64,000 nt of DNA, from the NCBI GenBank assembly GCA_903859155.1, contig CAIOLO010000019.1:74472-138471 (forward strand). The letters are read 5' to 3'. The notes under the pieces were generated by a model. The model was not told the origin of the DNA. It worked only from the letters and a program-made list of their open reading frames with translations, and made no database searches. Positions 17,798 through 27,022 of the stretch are shown here, in pieces. Numbering within the stretch: position 1 is the first letter of the stretch; each line of letters opens with the position of its first letter. The DNA comes from an uncultured beta proteobacterium (GTDB lineage: Bacteria > Pseudomonadota > Gammaproteobacteria > Burkholderiales > SG8-39). The position numbers and the translations under genes were made by a program.

Positions 17798-19255
17798 CTA
17801 TGGTTTTATTTCTGCCCAATCCATGCCGATGTCCAGGCTCAACCCGGCGATGACAGCCGCCATCATTCCCGCCTCGCCGCCCGCGGCCACGATGTTCAGT
17901 CCATCGGGCAGGAACTTCGGGATGGTGAGCGTGGGGTCGTCGAGCCGCGCGCGCTGCTCGGGCGTGATGCGGCGCAGCCCCTCGTCGTCGTCGTTGTAAC
18001 CGGGCATCAGCTCGCGCACCGGAATCTGCAGCCGCTCGAGAATCGCCGCCTTGAGCCGCTGCTTCGACCAGCCCGCCTCGCGAAAGTGGACGGTGTGCTC
18101 AGGCGCGATCAGCAGCAGCGCGGTGGAGTAGGTGATCTTCGGGTGGTGCACTACCCGCAGGCACTGCGCGTAGGTCGCCACCAGGCCTTCGGGTGTGCGC
18201 GAGCGGTGATCGTGCAGGCCCTGCACGCCATTGCCGGTGAAGATGTGCACCACGTTCTGATCGGGTCGGAAGCCGCGCTCGACCGCGAGCGATTCCCACG
18301 GGCTGCCCAGTTCATCCTCGGCGAAGCACATGGTGTACTTGCCCTGGTGCCCGATGGTGCAGCGGTCGATGCCCCCGGGGCCCGGCCGGCCGCCGCCGAC
18401 GTTGCGGATGATCAGTTGCAGCGCGCGCCCGATGGATGCATTCGCCCGGTTGGCCTGGCCCAGCACATTGCGTCCGGAGTTCATGCCGATCGCCCGGCTG
18501 ATCGGGCCGCTCACCACGATCATCGGCGTCGCGAAGGAAGTCGTGCACAGCACCCCATGCATGCCGAATTTCGGACCGCAGGCCGTCTCGATAGCCGCCA
18601 GCACCACCGGAAAGTATTCGGGTTTGCAGCCGGCCATGACGGCATTGACCGCCGCTTTTTCCACCGTGCATGCGGCGCGGTCCGGCGGAACGATGGCAAT
18701 CACTTCGTCGGGCCTGCGGCGCGTGCCCTTCAACATGCGCAGCACCCGCGCCTCCGTCGGCGGGGTGACCGGCAGGCCATCGGTCCAGCCGCGATCGAAC
18801 ATCGCCTCCATGGGATCGACGTGGGCCGGCACGTGCACGCGGCGCGAGACGATGCCGGTGTCGCCAAAGCGCGCGGCCAGTTCCTCGGCCATGCCCGGCT
18901 CGATGTTGATCGCGCCGCAGCCCGGGCGGTTCTCCGGGAGCTTGTCGCCCAGGCCTTTGACGCCGGTGATCGCCTGCCATTCGCCACGGTTCCAGCCGAT
19001 CACACGTTCGACCTCGCGGCCCTGCTCGAAGCGGATCAGCGTGGGGACGATCTCGATTTTCTGCCGGTAGGAAAACGCAAGCCCGCGGTCGTCGATGACT
19101 CCGGGCACGCCTTCGGGAAAGGCGGGATCGTCCTGGGTGTACACCGACAGCGGCCCACCCTTATCCGTCAACTCGCGCAATATCGGTTGCACCAGTTCGC
19201 AGGTGGGGCAGTCGCGCTTGACGACGGCGACCAGTCCATTGACGATTTCATTCAT
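17798..19255 (-). CDS. Thioredoxin-fold (CPTC) domain fused to a ~380-aa domain of unknown function
   Basis: The ORF extends to 19876, but the true start 'MNEIVNGLVAVVKRDCPTCELVQPIL' at 19255 overlaps the stop of the upstream FAD gene (ATGA). I do not recognise the C-terminal part. Confidence 0.6.
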   Translation of the reverse strand: MNEIVNGLVAVVKRDCPTCELVQPILRELTDKGGPLSVYTQDDPAFPEGVPGVIDDRGLAFSYRQKIEIVPTLIRFEQGREVERVIGWNRGEWQAITGVKGLGDKLPENRPGCGAINIEPGMAEELAARFGDTGIVSRRVHVPAHVDPMEAMFDRGWTDGLPVTPPTEARVLRMLKGTRRRPDEVIAIVPPDRAACTVEKAAVNAVMAGCKPEYFPVVLAAIETACGPKFGMHGVLCTTSFATPMIVVSGPISRAIGMNSGRNVLGQANRANASIGRALQLIIRNVGGGRPGPGGIDRCTIGHQGKYTMCFAEDELGSPWESLAVERGFRPDQNVVHIFTGNGVQGLHDHRSRTPEGLVATYAQCLRVVHHPKITYSTALLLIAPEHTVHFREAGWSKQRLKAAILERLQIPVRELMPGYNDDDEGLRRITPEQRARLDDPTLTIPKFLPDGLNIVAAGGEAGMMAAVIAGLSLDIGMDWAEIKP

Positions 19256-20619
19256 GCGGGGTCCTTGACAAGTTCTTCTCTGCCCAGATAGGCGCCATCG
19301 GTTTCCAGTTGCCGCTGCAGCTTGTTCACCTCGATCCGGCGGGGCTGGACGCCCGACTGCAACGCAAGGTGTGCGGCGGTACCCGCGGCCTGTCCCATGA
19401 CGAAGCAGGGGCCCGAGACCCGCGCCGAAGCCTGGCCGTCGTGCGTCATCGAGGCGCAGCGGCCGGCGACAAACAGGTTGTCCACATTCCTGGGTACGAT
19501 CATCCGGTAGGGCAGATGGTTGAAGCCGCGTGATTCGGGGATCTTCGGGAACTTGATGACGACGGTGTCCGCCACATGCGCCTCCACCGGCCAGCCGTTG
19601 ACACCGATGCTGTCCTCGAAGCTGGCGCACTCGAGGATGTCCCGCTCCGAGAGCATGTAATCGCCGACCACGCGCCGCGTTTCGCGGATGCCCAGTTGCG
19701 GAGCGATCTCGACGATGTAGGAATTCTCGAATCCGGGGGCCATGCGGCGTACGAACTCGAACACCTCCATGCACTGGCGGCGCCCCTCGACCTCGCCGTA
19801 ACTCAATTGCTCCGCGTCGATGCCGCTGACAGCCGAACCGTCGGGGTTCTTGATAAGCGTGGCATTGGCGCTCCACTCCATGGGATTCATCTGCGGCCTG
19901 AAGATTGCGCCGCGGCGCGGGAAGCGGCGTCCCTGCCGTTCGGCCTCCTCCATCAGCCTGGGGATCTCCTCCCGGGCATTGCGGGCCCTGACCGGATCGA
20001 CGTTGTTGATGCGGATTTTTGCCGATGGATAGTAGCCGCTGCCGGCGCCATCGCCGACTTCAAAGGGCGCCCCGGCCCACGCGGCGAGATCGCCGTCGCC
20101 CGAGCAGTCGATGAACATCCGCCCGCGGATGGCGCCACGCCCGGATTTGCTCTCGACCAGCAGCGCATCGATGCTGCGATCGGCACCCATGCACACGCCC
20201 ACGCCGAAAGCGTGAAACAGCACCTTGACGCGCGTGGCCGCCATCAACTGGTCGGCTACGACCTTGTAGGCCGAGATGTCATACAGCTGCGCATTGATCT
20301 TGCCGCCCAGTGACAGGTGCGGGGGATTGAGGCCACCGAGGCGATCGAGCCGCGCGAGGATTTCGTCGGCCAGGCCGTGCACGACCTGTTTGATTTCTCC
20401 GTGAACATTGGCATGCAGTCCGCAGAAATTGGAAATGCTTGCCGCCGTGCCGCCGCCGCCCAGAAATCCGTAACGCTCGACCAGCACGGTGGAACGTCCG
20501 CTTTTGCCGGCGGCCGCGGCGGCCGCAATCCCGGCCGGCCCGCCGCCGAGGACTACAACGTCGAATTCCCCCAATACCGGTGTCTGCCGGCCGGGCTCCG
20601 CAATCGTGCTGTTGACCAT
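19252..20619 (-). CDS. FAD-dependent oxidoreductase (GIDA/FAD_oxidored-like)
   Basis: Start 'MVNSTIAE' at 20619 with a GGAGG RBS. Dinucleotide motif 'DVVVLGGGPAGIAAAAAA' and 'ERYGFLGG'. Confidence 0.7.
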   Translation of the reverse strand: MVNSTIAEPGRQTPVLGEFDVVVLGGGPAGIAAAAAAGKSGRSTVLVERYGFLGGGGTAASISNFCGLHANVHGEIKQVVHGLADEILARLDRLGGLNPPHLSLGGKINAQLYDISAYKVVADQLMAATRVKVLFHAFGVGVCMGADRSIDALLVESKSGRGAIRGRMFIDCSGDGDLAAWAGAPFEVGDGAGSGYYPSAKIRINNVDPVRARNAREEIPRLMEEAERQGRRFPRRGAIFRPQMNPMEWSANATLIKNPDGSAVSGIDAEQLSYGEVEGRRQCMEVFEFVRRMAPGFENSYIVEIAPQLGIRETRRVVGDYMLSERDILECASFEDSIGVNGWPVEAHVADTVVIKFPKIPESRGFNHLPYRMIVPRNVDNLFVAGRCASMTHDGQASARVSGPCFVMGQAAGTAAHLALQSGVQPRRIEVNKLQRQLETDGAYLGREELVKDPA

Positions 20620-20660
20620 GTTGATGCCTCCGAGTGGCTTGTCTTCAGGGGGAGGTGCGC

Positions 20661-21629
20661 CTAGTCGGCCGTGATTCCCGCGGCTTTCACGACCTTTGCC
20701 CATTTTTCGAGTTCTGTGCGGATGAAGGCATCGAATTGCTCCGGCGAATTGCCGACCGACTCCAGGCCCAGCTCGGCCATGCGTGATTTGACTTCAGGCG
20801 CCTGCACCGTGGCGACGAACGCCGCATTGATCCGGTTGACGATGGCGCGAGGCGTCGCACTGGGCACCACTGTGCCGTTGATGCTGAGCACGCTGAATCC
20901 GGGCAGGAGTTCGCCGACCGTCGGAATGTTCGGCGCAATCGCGGCGCGCTGCGGACTGGCTGTCGCAATGGCCTTGAGCTTGCCCGACTTGATATAGGCC
21001 ATGGCCGAGTGCAGCGGGTCTATCATGATTTGAACGCGCCCGGCCATGACGTCGGGGTATGCCGGTCCGCTTCCCTTGTAGGGGATGTGGACCATGTCGA
21101 TGCCGGTGTTGATCTTCAGCAACTCCCCGGTGAGGTGCATGGAACTGCCGGCCCCGGCTGTCGCGTAGCTCAATTTGCCCGGCATCTTTTTCGCCAGGGC
21201 GATCAGCTCGGCAAGCGTGTTTGCCTCCAGCGCGTGGTTCGCAGTGATCACCACGTGCGAAATCGTATTCATGGTGACGCCCGACAGATCCTTGACCGTG
21301 TCGAAAGGCATGTCCGGGCGCACGCTCGGGTTGATGACATGGGGCATCGCCACCTGACCAATGGTGTAACCGTCGGGTGCGGACTTGGCGACATAATTGG
21401 TGCCCACGACCATGCCGGCACCGGGCTTGTATTCGAGGACGACCGGTTGTCCCCAGATCTCCTGCAGCTTTTGCGCGAGCAGGCGCGCCATCACGTCGGA
21501 CCCGCCGCCGGGCGCATTGGCCACCACGAGAGTGACCCGTTTGTTGGGAAAATCCTGCGCGTGCCCGAGAGGCACGAGCACCGTGCCAAGTATCAGTGCA
21601 GCGCAGATTGCTTTGCCGGGACAGGTCAT
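20661..21629 (-). CDS. Bug/TctC-family substrate-binding protein (copy 3)
   Basis: 322 aa. Signal peptide followed by 'DFPNKRVTLVVANAPGGGSD'. Confidence 0.85.
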   Translation of the reverse strand: MTCPGKAICAALILGTVLVPLGHAQDFPNKRVTLVVANAPGGGSDVMARLLAQKLQEIWGQPVVLEYKPGAGMVVGTNYVAKSAPDGYTIGQVAMPHVINPSVRPDMPFDTVKDLSGVTMNTISHVVITANHALEANTLAELIALAKKMPGKLSYATAGAGSSMHLTGELLKINTGIDMVHIPYKGSGPAYPDVMAGRVQIMIDPLHSAMAYIKSGKLKAIATASPQRAAIAPNIPTVGELLPGFSVLSINGTVVPSATPRAIVNRINAAFVATVQAPEVKSRMAELGLESVGNSPEQFDAFIRTELEKWAKVVKAAGITAD

Positions 21630-21753
21630 AATAGTCTCCTCGCGGTGCGGCCGATTCCGTCACCAGGGGGCGGAAGGCAGGTTGCAGTCTGCCACACCTG
21701 GCGACATGGCGTAGTTCAATGCCGGCGCGGCGAATAACCATTCTGGAGTGAAG

Positions 21754-22716
21754 ATGAATTTCAAACTATCGTTGCTATCGACAGCTATCGTAACGGCCAG
21801 CCTGCTGGCAGGCGGCGCGCTCGCGCAGGGCGTGTATCCCTCCAAGCCGGTGCGCTGGATCGTTCCTTTTCCGCCCGGCGGTCCGACCGACGTGGTGGCG
21901 CGCGTGGTGGGCCCCAAGCTCGGCGAGCGGCTGGGCCAGCCTGTCATCATCGAGAACCGCGCCGGCGCCGGTGGCAATGTCGGCAATGATGCGGTGGCGA
22001 AATCCGCCCCCGACGGCTACAACATCGCCTTCGTCATTCCGGGGCTGATCACCAATCCGTTCTTCATGAAGTCGAGCATGGATCCGGCCGAGTTGATCTC
22101 GATTACGCAATTGACGCGTGTGTCCCTGGTGATGCTGGCCAATCCGGGCGTGCCGGCAAACTCCACGCGCGAAGTGGTCGATCTGATCAGGGCGAAGCCG
22201 GGCACGGTGAGCTGCGGGTCATCGGGATCCTTGCCCACGGTGGGCTGCGCGCTGCTCCAGTCCTACGCGAAGAGCGACATGATCATGGTGAATTACAAGG
22301 GCAATGCGCCGGCCCTGACCGGCCTGATGGGCGGCGAGATCAACCTCCTGTTCGACGTGGTCAACACCGCGTTATCGCAAGTCAAGAGCGGGCGGGTGCG
22401 CGCCATCGCCTCGACCAATCCGAAGCGCGGCAGCCCGCCCTTTGCCGATCTTCCGGTGGTTGCCGAAACCATTCCCGGATTTGATCTGGTGAGCTGGCAG
22501 GCCGCCATGGTGGCCCGCGCCACGCCACGGCAGCTGGTACAGCGCCTCAATCGCGATTTTCTGGCGGTGCTCGACATGCCCGATGTGCGGCAGCGGATGA
22601 TCGATACCGGATTGGAGTCGGCAGGGAGCACTCCCGAGGCTTTCGACGAATTCCTGGCGCGCGAATACGCCAAGTACGGCCAGGTGCTCAAGGAAGCGGG
22701 CATCAAGCCCGAATGA
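21754..22716 (+). CDS. Bug/TctC-family substrate-binding protein (copy 4)
   Basis: ORF from GTG 21748; ATG 21754 is better spaced from the GGAG. 'VYPSKPVRWIVPFPPGGPTD'. Confidence 0.85.
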   Translation: MNFKLSLLSTAIVTASLLAGGALAQGVYPSKPVRWIVPFPPGGPTDVVARVVGPKLGERLGQPVIIENRAGAGGNVGNDAVAKSAPDGYNIAFVIPGLITNPFFMKSSMDPAELISITQLTRVSLVMLANPGVPANSTREVVDLIRAKPGTVSCGSSGSLPTVGCALLQSYAKSDMIMVNYKGNAPALTGLMGGEINLLFDVVNTALSQVKSGRVRAIASTNPKRGSPPFADLPVVAETIPGFDLVSWQAAMVARATPRQLVQRLNRDFLAVLDMPDVRQRMIDTGLESAGSTPEAFDEFLAREYAKYGQVLKEAGIKPE

Positions 22717-22746
22717 ACGAGCGGCGAATGTTCCGGAGGACGTGGA

Positions 22747-24285
22747 ATGAGTGACAGAAGTGGTGCGCCCGATTGCGAGCGGTTTCGCCTGAGGCGCTTT
22801 CTCGAACTGCTCGGCCCTGAGGAGTTGGAGCGGCGCGATGCGCCGGTCGAGCTTGCCGATGTTGCCGCGGCGCTGGAGGGCAATCCCAGGGCCGTTCTGT
22901 TTGCGAGCGCCGGGCCCGAAGGCGCACAGCTTTGCGCCAACGTGCTGGCAAGCCGCAGTCGCATGGCACGCGCCTTCGGCACCACGCGCGAGGGCCTGCT
23001 GCCCGAATTGCTGCGGCGGCTTAAGACGCCTCCCCGGATTGAGGAGGTTTCGCGCGATGCCGCGCCGGTGCAAAGCGTGGTGCTCGAGGGCGACGCTGCC
23101 GATCTGACGGCGCTGCCGGCGCATCTGCAGCACCGGCTCGACGGCGCGCCCTATATTTCGGCATCAGTGGATTACAGCATTGATCCGTCCACCGGCTGGA
23201 CCAATGTGGGCATACGGCGCCTGATGCTGCGCGGGCGCCGCAAGGCGGGCGTGGACTGCACCGTGCCCTCGGACCTGCGCGCCATCATGGAGGCGCACAC
23301 CCGGCGCGGCGAGCCGGTACCGATCGCCTTTGTCATCGGCTCGTATCCGACCGACTACGTCGCCGCCACCATGCGCATTCCCGTCGATGAACTGGGCCTG
23401 GTGGCCTCGCTGCGGGGGGCGCCTTTGCCGGTGGTCAAGTGCATCACCAGCGAAATCCGCGTGCCCGCGGATGCGGAGATGGTGCTCGAGGGTTTTATCG
23501 ACACCGTATCGCCGGTGGAACCCGAAGGGCCCTATGGTGAATTCCTCGGCTATTACGGCGAGGTGAAGCGCAACCCGTTTTTCCGCCTGACCGCGATCAC
23601 CCGCCGCAGGGACGCGCTGTTCCAGACGGCGACCATCAGCGGGCGCACGCTCGCGTGCACCGACACCGCGCAGCTGAATGCGCTGCGCGTCGAGGCCGTG
23701 GCCTGGTCGGCTCTCGAGACCGCGGTGCGCGGGGTCAAAGCCGTATATGCCACTGCGGCCAGCGGTGGCTCGTTTCACCTTCGCATCGCCATGACCCAGC
23801 ACGTGCCCGGCGAGGCGCGCAACGCCATCGCCGCAGTGATGGGCTGTCTTGCCAACGTCAAGCACGTGTTCGTCGTCGATCCGGACATCGACATCTATTC
23901 GGACCAGCAGGTCGAGTGGGCGATGGCCACGCGCTTCCAGGCCGACCGCGACCTGATGGTGCAAGCGGGCATGCGTTCGATGCCGCTGGACCCCTCGGTG
24001 GCCGGAGGACGTTCCTGGGCGAAGGCAGGTTTCGATCTGACGCTTCCGTTCATGCCGCTGGGGCAGGCGCGGCCGATCGCGTTGCGGGTTCCCGAACCGC
24101 CGCGTTACGAGGGTGCCCGCCATGCGTCGCTTGCCGCGGCGCTGGCCGAGGGACCCAAGTACTTCGAAGAACTGATGGCGGCCACCGGCAGCCGTGACGG
24201 CCGCGAAATCGTTCTCGCCCTGGAAATTCTGGAGGAGGGCGGCAGCGTGACGCGCGACGCCGAAGGCCGGTATTTCCGCCAATGA
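22747..24285 (+). CDS. Divergent UbiD-family decarboxylase-like protein, copy 3, with a C-terminal extension
   Basis: 512 aa. 'EGPYGEFLGYYG' is retained, but the 'G.YR' motif reads 'NVGIRR'. About 60 extra C-terminal residues. Confidence 0.7.
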   Translation: MSDRSGAPDCERFRLRRFLELLGPEELERRDAPVELADVAAALEGNPRAVLFASAGPEGAQLCANVLASRSRMARAFGTTREGLLPELLRRLKTPPRIEEVSRDAAPVQSVVLEGDAADLTALPAHLQHRLDGAPYISASVDYSIDPSTGWTNVGIRRLMLRGRRKAGVDCTVPSDLRAIMEAHTRRGEPVPIAFVIGSYPTDYVAATMRIPVDELGLVASLRGAPLPVVKCITSEIRVPADAEMVLEGFIDTVSPVEPEGPYGEFLGYYGEVKRNPFFRLTAITRRRDALFQTATISGRTLACTDTAQLNALRVEAVAWSALETAVRGVKAVYATAASGGSFHLRIAMTQHVPGEARNAIAAVMGCLANVKHVFVVDPDIDIYSDQQVEWAMATRFQADRDLMVQAGMRSMPLDPSVAGGRSWAKAGFDLTLPFMPLGQARPIALRVPEPPRYEGARHASLAAALAEGPKYFEELMAATGSRDGREIVLALEILEEGGSVTRDAEGRYFRQ

Positions 24286-25839
24286 CGAGCTACATCGGAC
24301 GATCGATTCCGCGCGTCGAGGACCTGCGCTTTATCACCGGGCGCGGCTGCTACAGCGACGATGTGTTCCTCGAGGGCCAGGCGTACTGCGCTTTCGTGCG
24401 TTCGCCGCACGCGCACGCGCGCATCGCGGGGATCGAGATCGCGGCGGCGGCGGAATCCCCCGGCGTATTCGCGGTGCTCACCGGCGCGGACTCCACCGCG
24501 GACGGACTGCTCGGCATGGCGCACCTGCCCAATCCCGCTGACGCCCTCGATGTGTCGCTGCGTGCCTTCACCGCATCGCCAACTGTCAGATCGAGCCGCG
24601 CGCGGCTGTCGGCGATTAGGACAAGGCAAGCGGACTGCACACGCTGATCTCGGGCAGGCCAGGGCGCTTTTTTGCACAAGATGACGCTCGCACGCGTTTT
24701 CAGTGTCGAGATGGAAAAAGTGCGCGTGATCTGCCCCGATGTCGGCGGCGGTTTCGGGCCGCGCACCAACATGTATCCGGAGCAGGTGGTGGTGCTGTGG
24801 GCGGCCAAGAGGCTCGGCAGGCCGGTCAAATGGACCGGCGATCGCAGCGAAGCGTTCGTCTCGGACTATCAGGGACGCGACGGTGCGATGCGCACCGCGT
24901 TTGCGCTCGATAGCGAGGGCCGCATCCTTGCCTACGACATGCAATGGTTGGGCAATGTCGGCGCGCACACGGTGTCGTTTGTGACCATGTCCAACGGGCG
25001 TCGCATGCTGCCCACGGTGTATCACGTCCCGATGGCGCATTTCCAGGTGCAGGCGGTGTTCACCAACAGCGTGCCGACCGCACCGTACCGCGGCGCGGGC
25101 AGGCCCGAGGCCACGCACATGATCGAGCGCCTGCTCGACATGGCGGCTGCGCGCCTCAATATCGACAGGGTGGATATCCGCAGGCGCAATCTGGTGGGAT
25201 TGGACAGGCTGCCGTATCGCTCGGTGTCAGGGCTCTTGTACGACAGCGGTGATTTCGCCGGCTACGTGGAGAGCGCGCCTTGCGGGCACGCTGCTGGTGC
25301 AGGGATGCGGCGAAGTGATCGAGCAGGGTCGTGCGGCCGCGGGCGCACTGCTGGAGGTGGCCTCGGGCGATATCGTCTATGCAGAGGGTGTCTACCGCGT
25401 CAACGGCACCGATCGTTCTCTCGGGCTTTTCGAGGTGGCGCGCGCGCTGCAGGCGGGCAAACCCGGCGCAGGCTCTCGCCAGTCGCTCGCCGCCACCTGC
25501 GATTTCAAAGGCCGCACGCCCGCCTATCCGGCGGGCTGCGCGGTCTGCGAACTTGAAATCGATGCGCAGACCGGCCAGGTGCTCTCGGGTTCCTTCCTCG
25601 ATTACGGCATCAGCCGTGCCGACGACCTGCCTTCTTTGCGCGTCGAACACGCCGAACATCCCACCGCGGGCAATCCGCTGCGGATCAAGGGAGGCGGCGA
25701 AGGCGGCATCGTTCCCGCAACCGCAGCGGTGCTCAACGCCCTGTGCGACGCGCTAGTGCGGGCGCGGGTGAACGATCTTCCGATGCCCGCGACTGCGGCG
25801 GCGGTGTGGCAGAAGACGCGTGGGATCGACACTCCCTAG
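24282..25839 (+). pseudogene. Decayed xanthine dehydrogenase/CO dehydrogenase-family molybdopterin (CoxL-like) large subunit
   Basis: Three fragments lie in different frames: 24282..24647, 24672..25556 and 25249..25839. They carry the N-terminal ('IGRSIPRVEDLRFITGRG'), middle ('VGGGFGPR','APYRGAGRPEA') and C-terminal ('IKGGGEGGIVPATAAVLNAL') family motifs. About 520 codons remain where about 770 are expected. Confidence 0.8.
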
Positions 25840-25866
25840 CACTGCGGTGCGGGCGGCACAGCACGC

Positions 25867-25894
25867 CCCGTGGCGCATCTTGCGCCGCCACGGG
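25867..25894. terminator. GC-rich hairpin between convergent genes (weak terminator candidate)
   Basis: CCCGTGGCG...CGCCACGGG arms with one bulge. No U-tract on either strand. Confidence 0.25.
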
Positions 25895-25977
25895 CATACC
25901 AGATCGGGATGTAAATTTTGCATTTAGTCAGGTGTAATGGTTATTTGTATTACATAATCTTTGAGATTATGGCGTTT

Positions 25978-26973
25978 CTATTCCGGCTGTATGCCGAGCG
26001 CCTTGACCGCCTGCTGGAAGCGCGGCACGTCGCGCTTGACGATTTCGTTCATCTCCTCGGGAGTGCTGCCAAAGGGTTCAAGGCCGGCTTCAATCAGGCG
26101 CTGCGCCGTTTCTTTGGAATTCACGATGCGATGGATTTCGCTGCTCAGCTTGGCGACGATGGGTTTGGGGGTGCCGGCCGGCAGCGCGAAGGCGAAAAAG
26201 GTGGGCGGCAGCAGGTCCTCGCCCAAGCCGGCCTCGAGCAGCGTCGGGACATTCGGCAATAGCGGCGAGCGCCGCGGTGAGCCGATGGCAATCGGCACCA
26301 GTTTTCCGGCGCGTATCTGTCCGATGACGCCGGCCGCCGACGAGGCCGTGACGCTCACCTCGCCGGCAAGCGCGCCGGTCACCGCCAGTGAGGCTCCCTT
26401 GTACGGGATATGCAACAGGTCGATGCCCATTTTCGCGTTGAGCGCCTCGAAACCGATCTGCGGAAAGCTGCCCGCGCCAAAGCTGCCGTAGGTGAGTTCG
26501 CGGGGTTTTGCCTTGGCCAGCGCGACCAGTTCTTTCAGGCTGGTGACCGGCACTTTGGGGTTCACCACGATCACATAGGGTCCCCACGCCGCAACGCCCA
26601 CGAAATCAAAACTGGTGAGCGAATCGTAGACCAGTTTCTTGTACAGGCTGGGGTTGACGCCCAGCGTGTCGCGGGCGGTCAGCAGCAGGGTGTAACCGTC
26701 GGGTGCCGAGCGCATCGCGGTCTCGGAACCGAGGATGCCGTTGGCGCCGGGACGATTCTCCACCACCACCGGCTGCGCAAACGTTTCGGACAATTTCTGT
26801 CCGACCGTACGCGCGGTCAGATCGGCGCCGGCGCCCGGTGCGAAGGGCACGATCAAGCGTATCGCGCGGCTGGGGTAGGCGTCCTGCGACTTCGCGGGGG
26901 CCTGCGCCTGGCAGGTGGCCGCCAGCAGCAGACCGGCTGTTATCGAGAATGCGTGAATACCGAGAATCTTCAT
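25978..26973 (-). CDS. Bug/TctC-family substrate-binding protein (copy 5)
   Basis: 331 aa. Signal peptide followed by 'AYPSRAIRLIVPFAPGAGAD'. Lies 49 bp downstream of UbiD copy 4. Confidence 0.85.
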   Translation of the reverse strand: MKILGIHAFSITAGLLLAATCQAQAPAKSQDAYPSRAIRLIVPFAPGAGADLTARTVGQKLSETFAQPVVVENRPGANGILGSETAMRSAPDGYTLLLTARDTLGVNPSLYKKLVYDSLTSFDFVGVAAWGPYVIVVNPKVPVTSLKELVALAKAKPRELTYGSFGAGSFPQIGFEALNAKMGIDLLHIPYKGASLAVTGALAGEVSVTASSAAGVIGQIRAGKLVPIAIGSPRRSPLLPNVPTLLEAGLGEDLLPPTFFAFALPAGTPKPIVAKLSSEIHRIVNSKETAQRLIEAGLEPFGSTPEEMNEIVKRDVPRFQQAVKALGIQPE

Positions 26974-27022
26974 GGCCGCTCCAAAATTTGAAAGCCGAGG
27001 TTGTGGCGCATTGCCGGATGCA

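Noticed and set aside
19256-19876. 207-codon 5' extension of ORF 17798..19876. Analogous extensions occur on 11045..12196, 35162..36376, 39731..40930, 36345..37280 and 63077..63979.
   Set aside because: These extensions overlap the preceding real genes in another frame. The internal starts coincide with RBS motifs, signal peptides or the onset of family homology.
25867-25894. GC-rich hairpin as a bidirectional intrinsic terminator.
   Set aside because: The stem is imperfect and there is no U-tract on either strand. I kept it only as a low-confidence feature.
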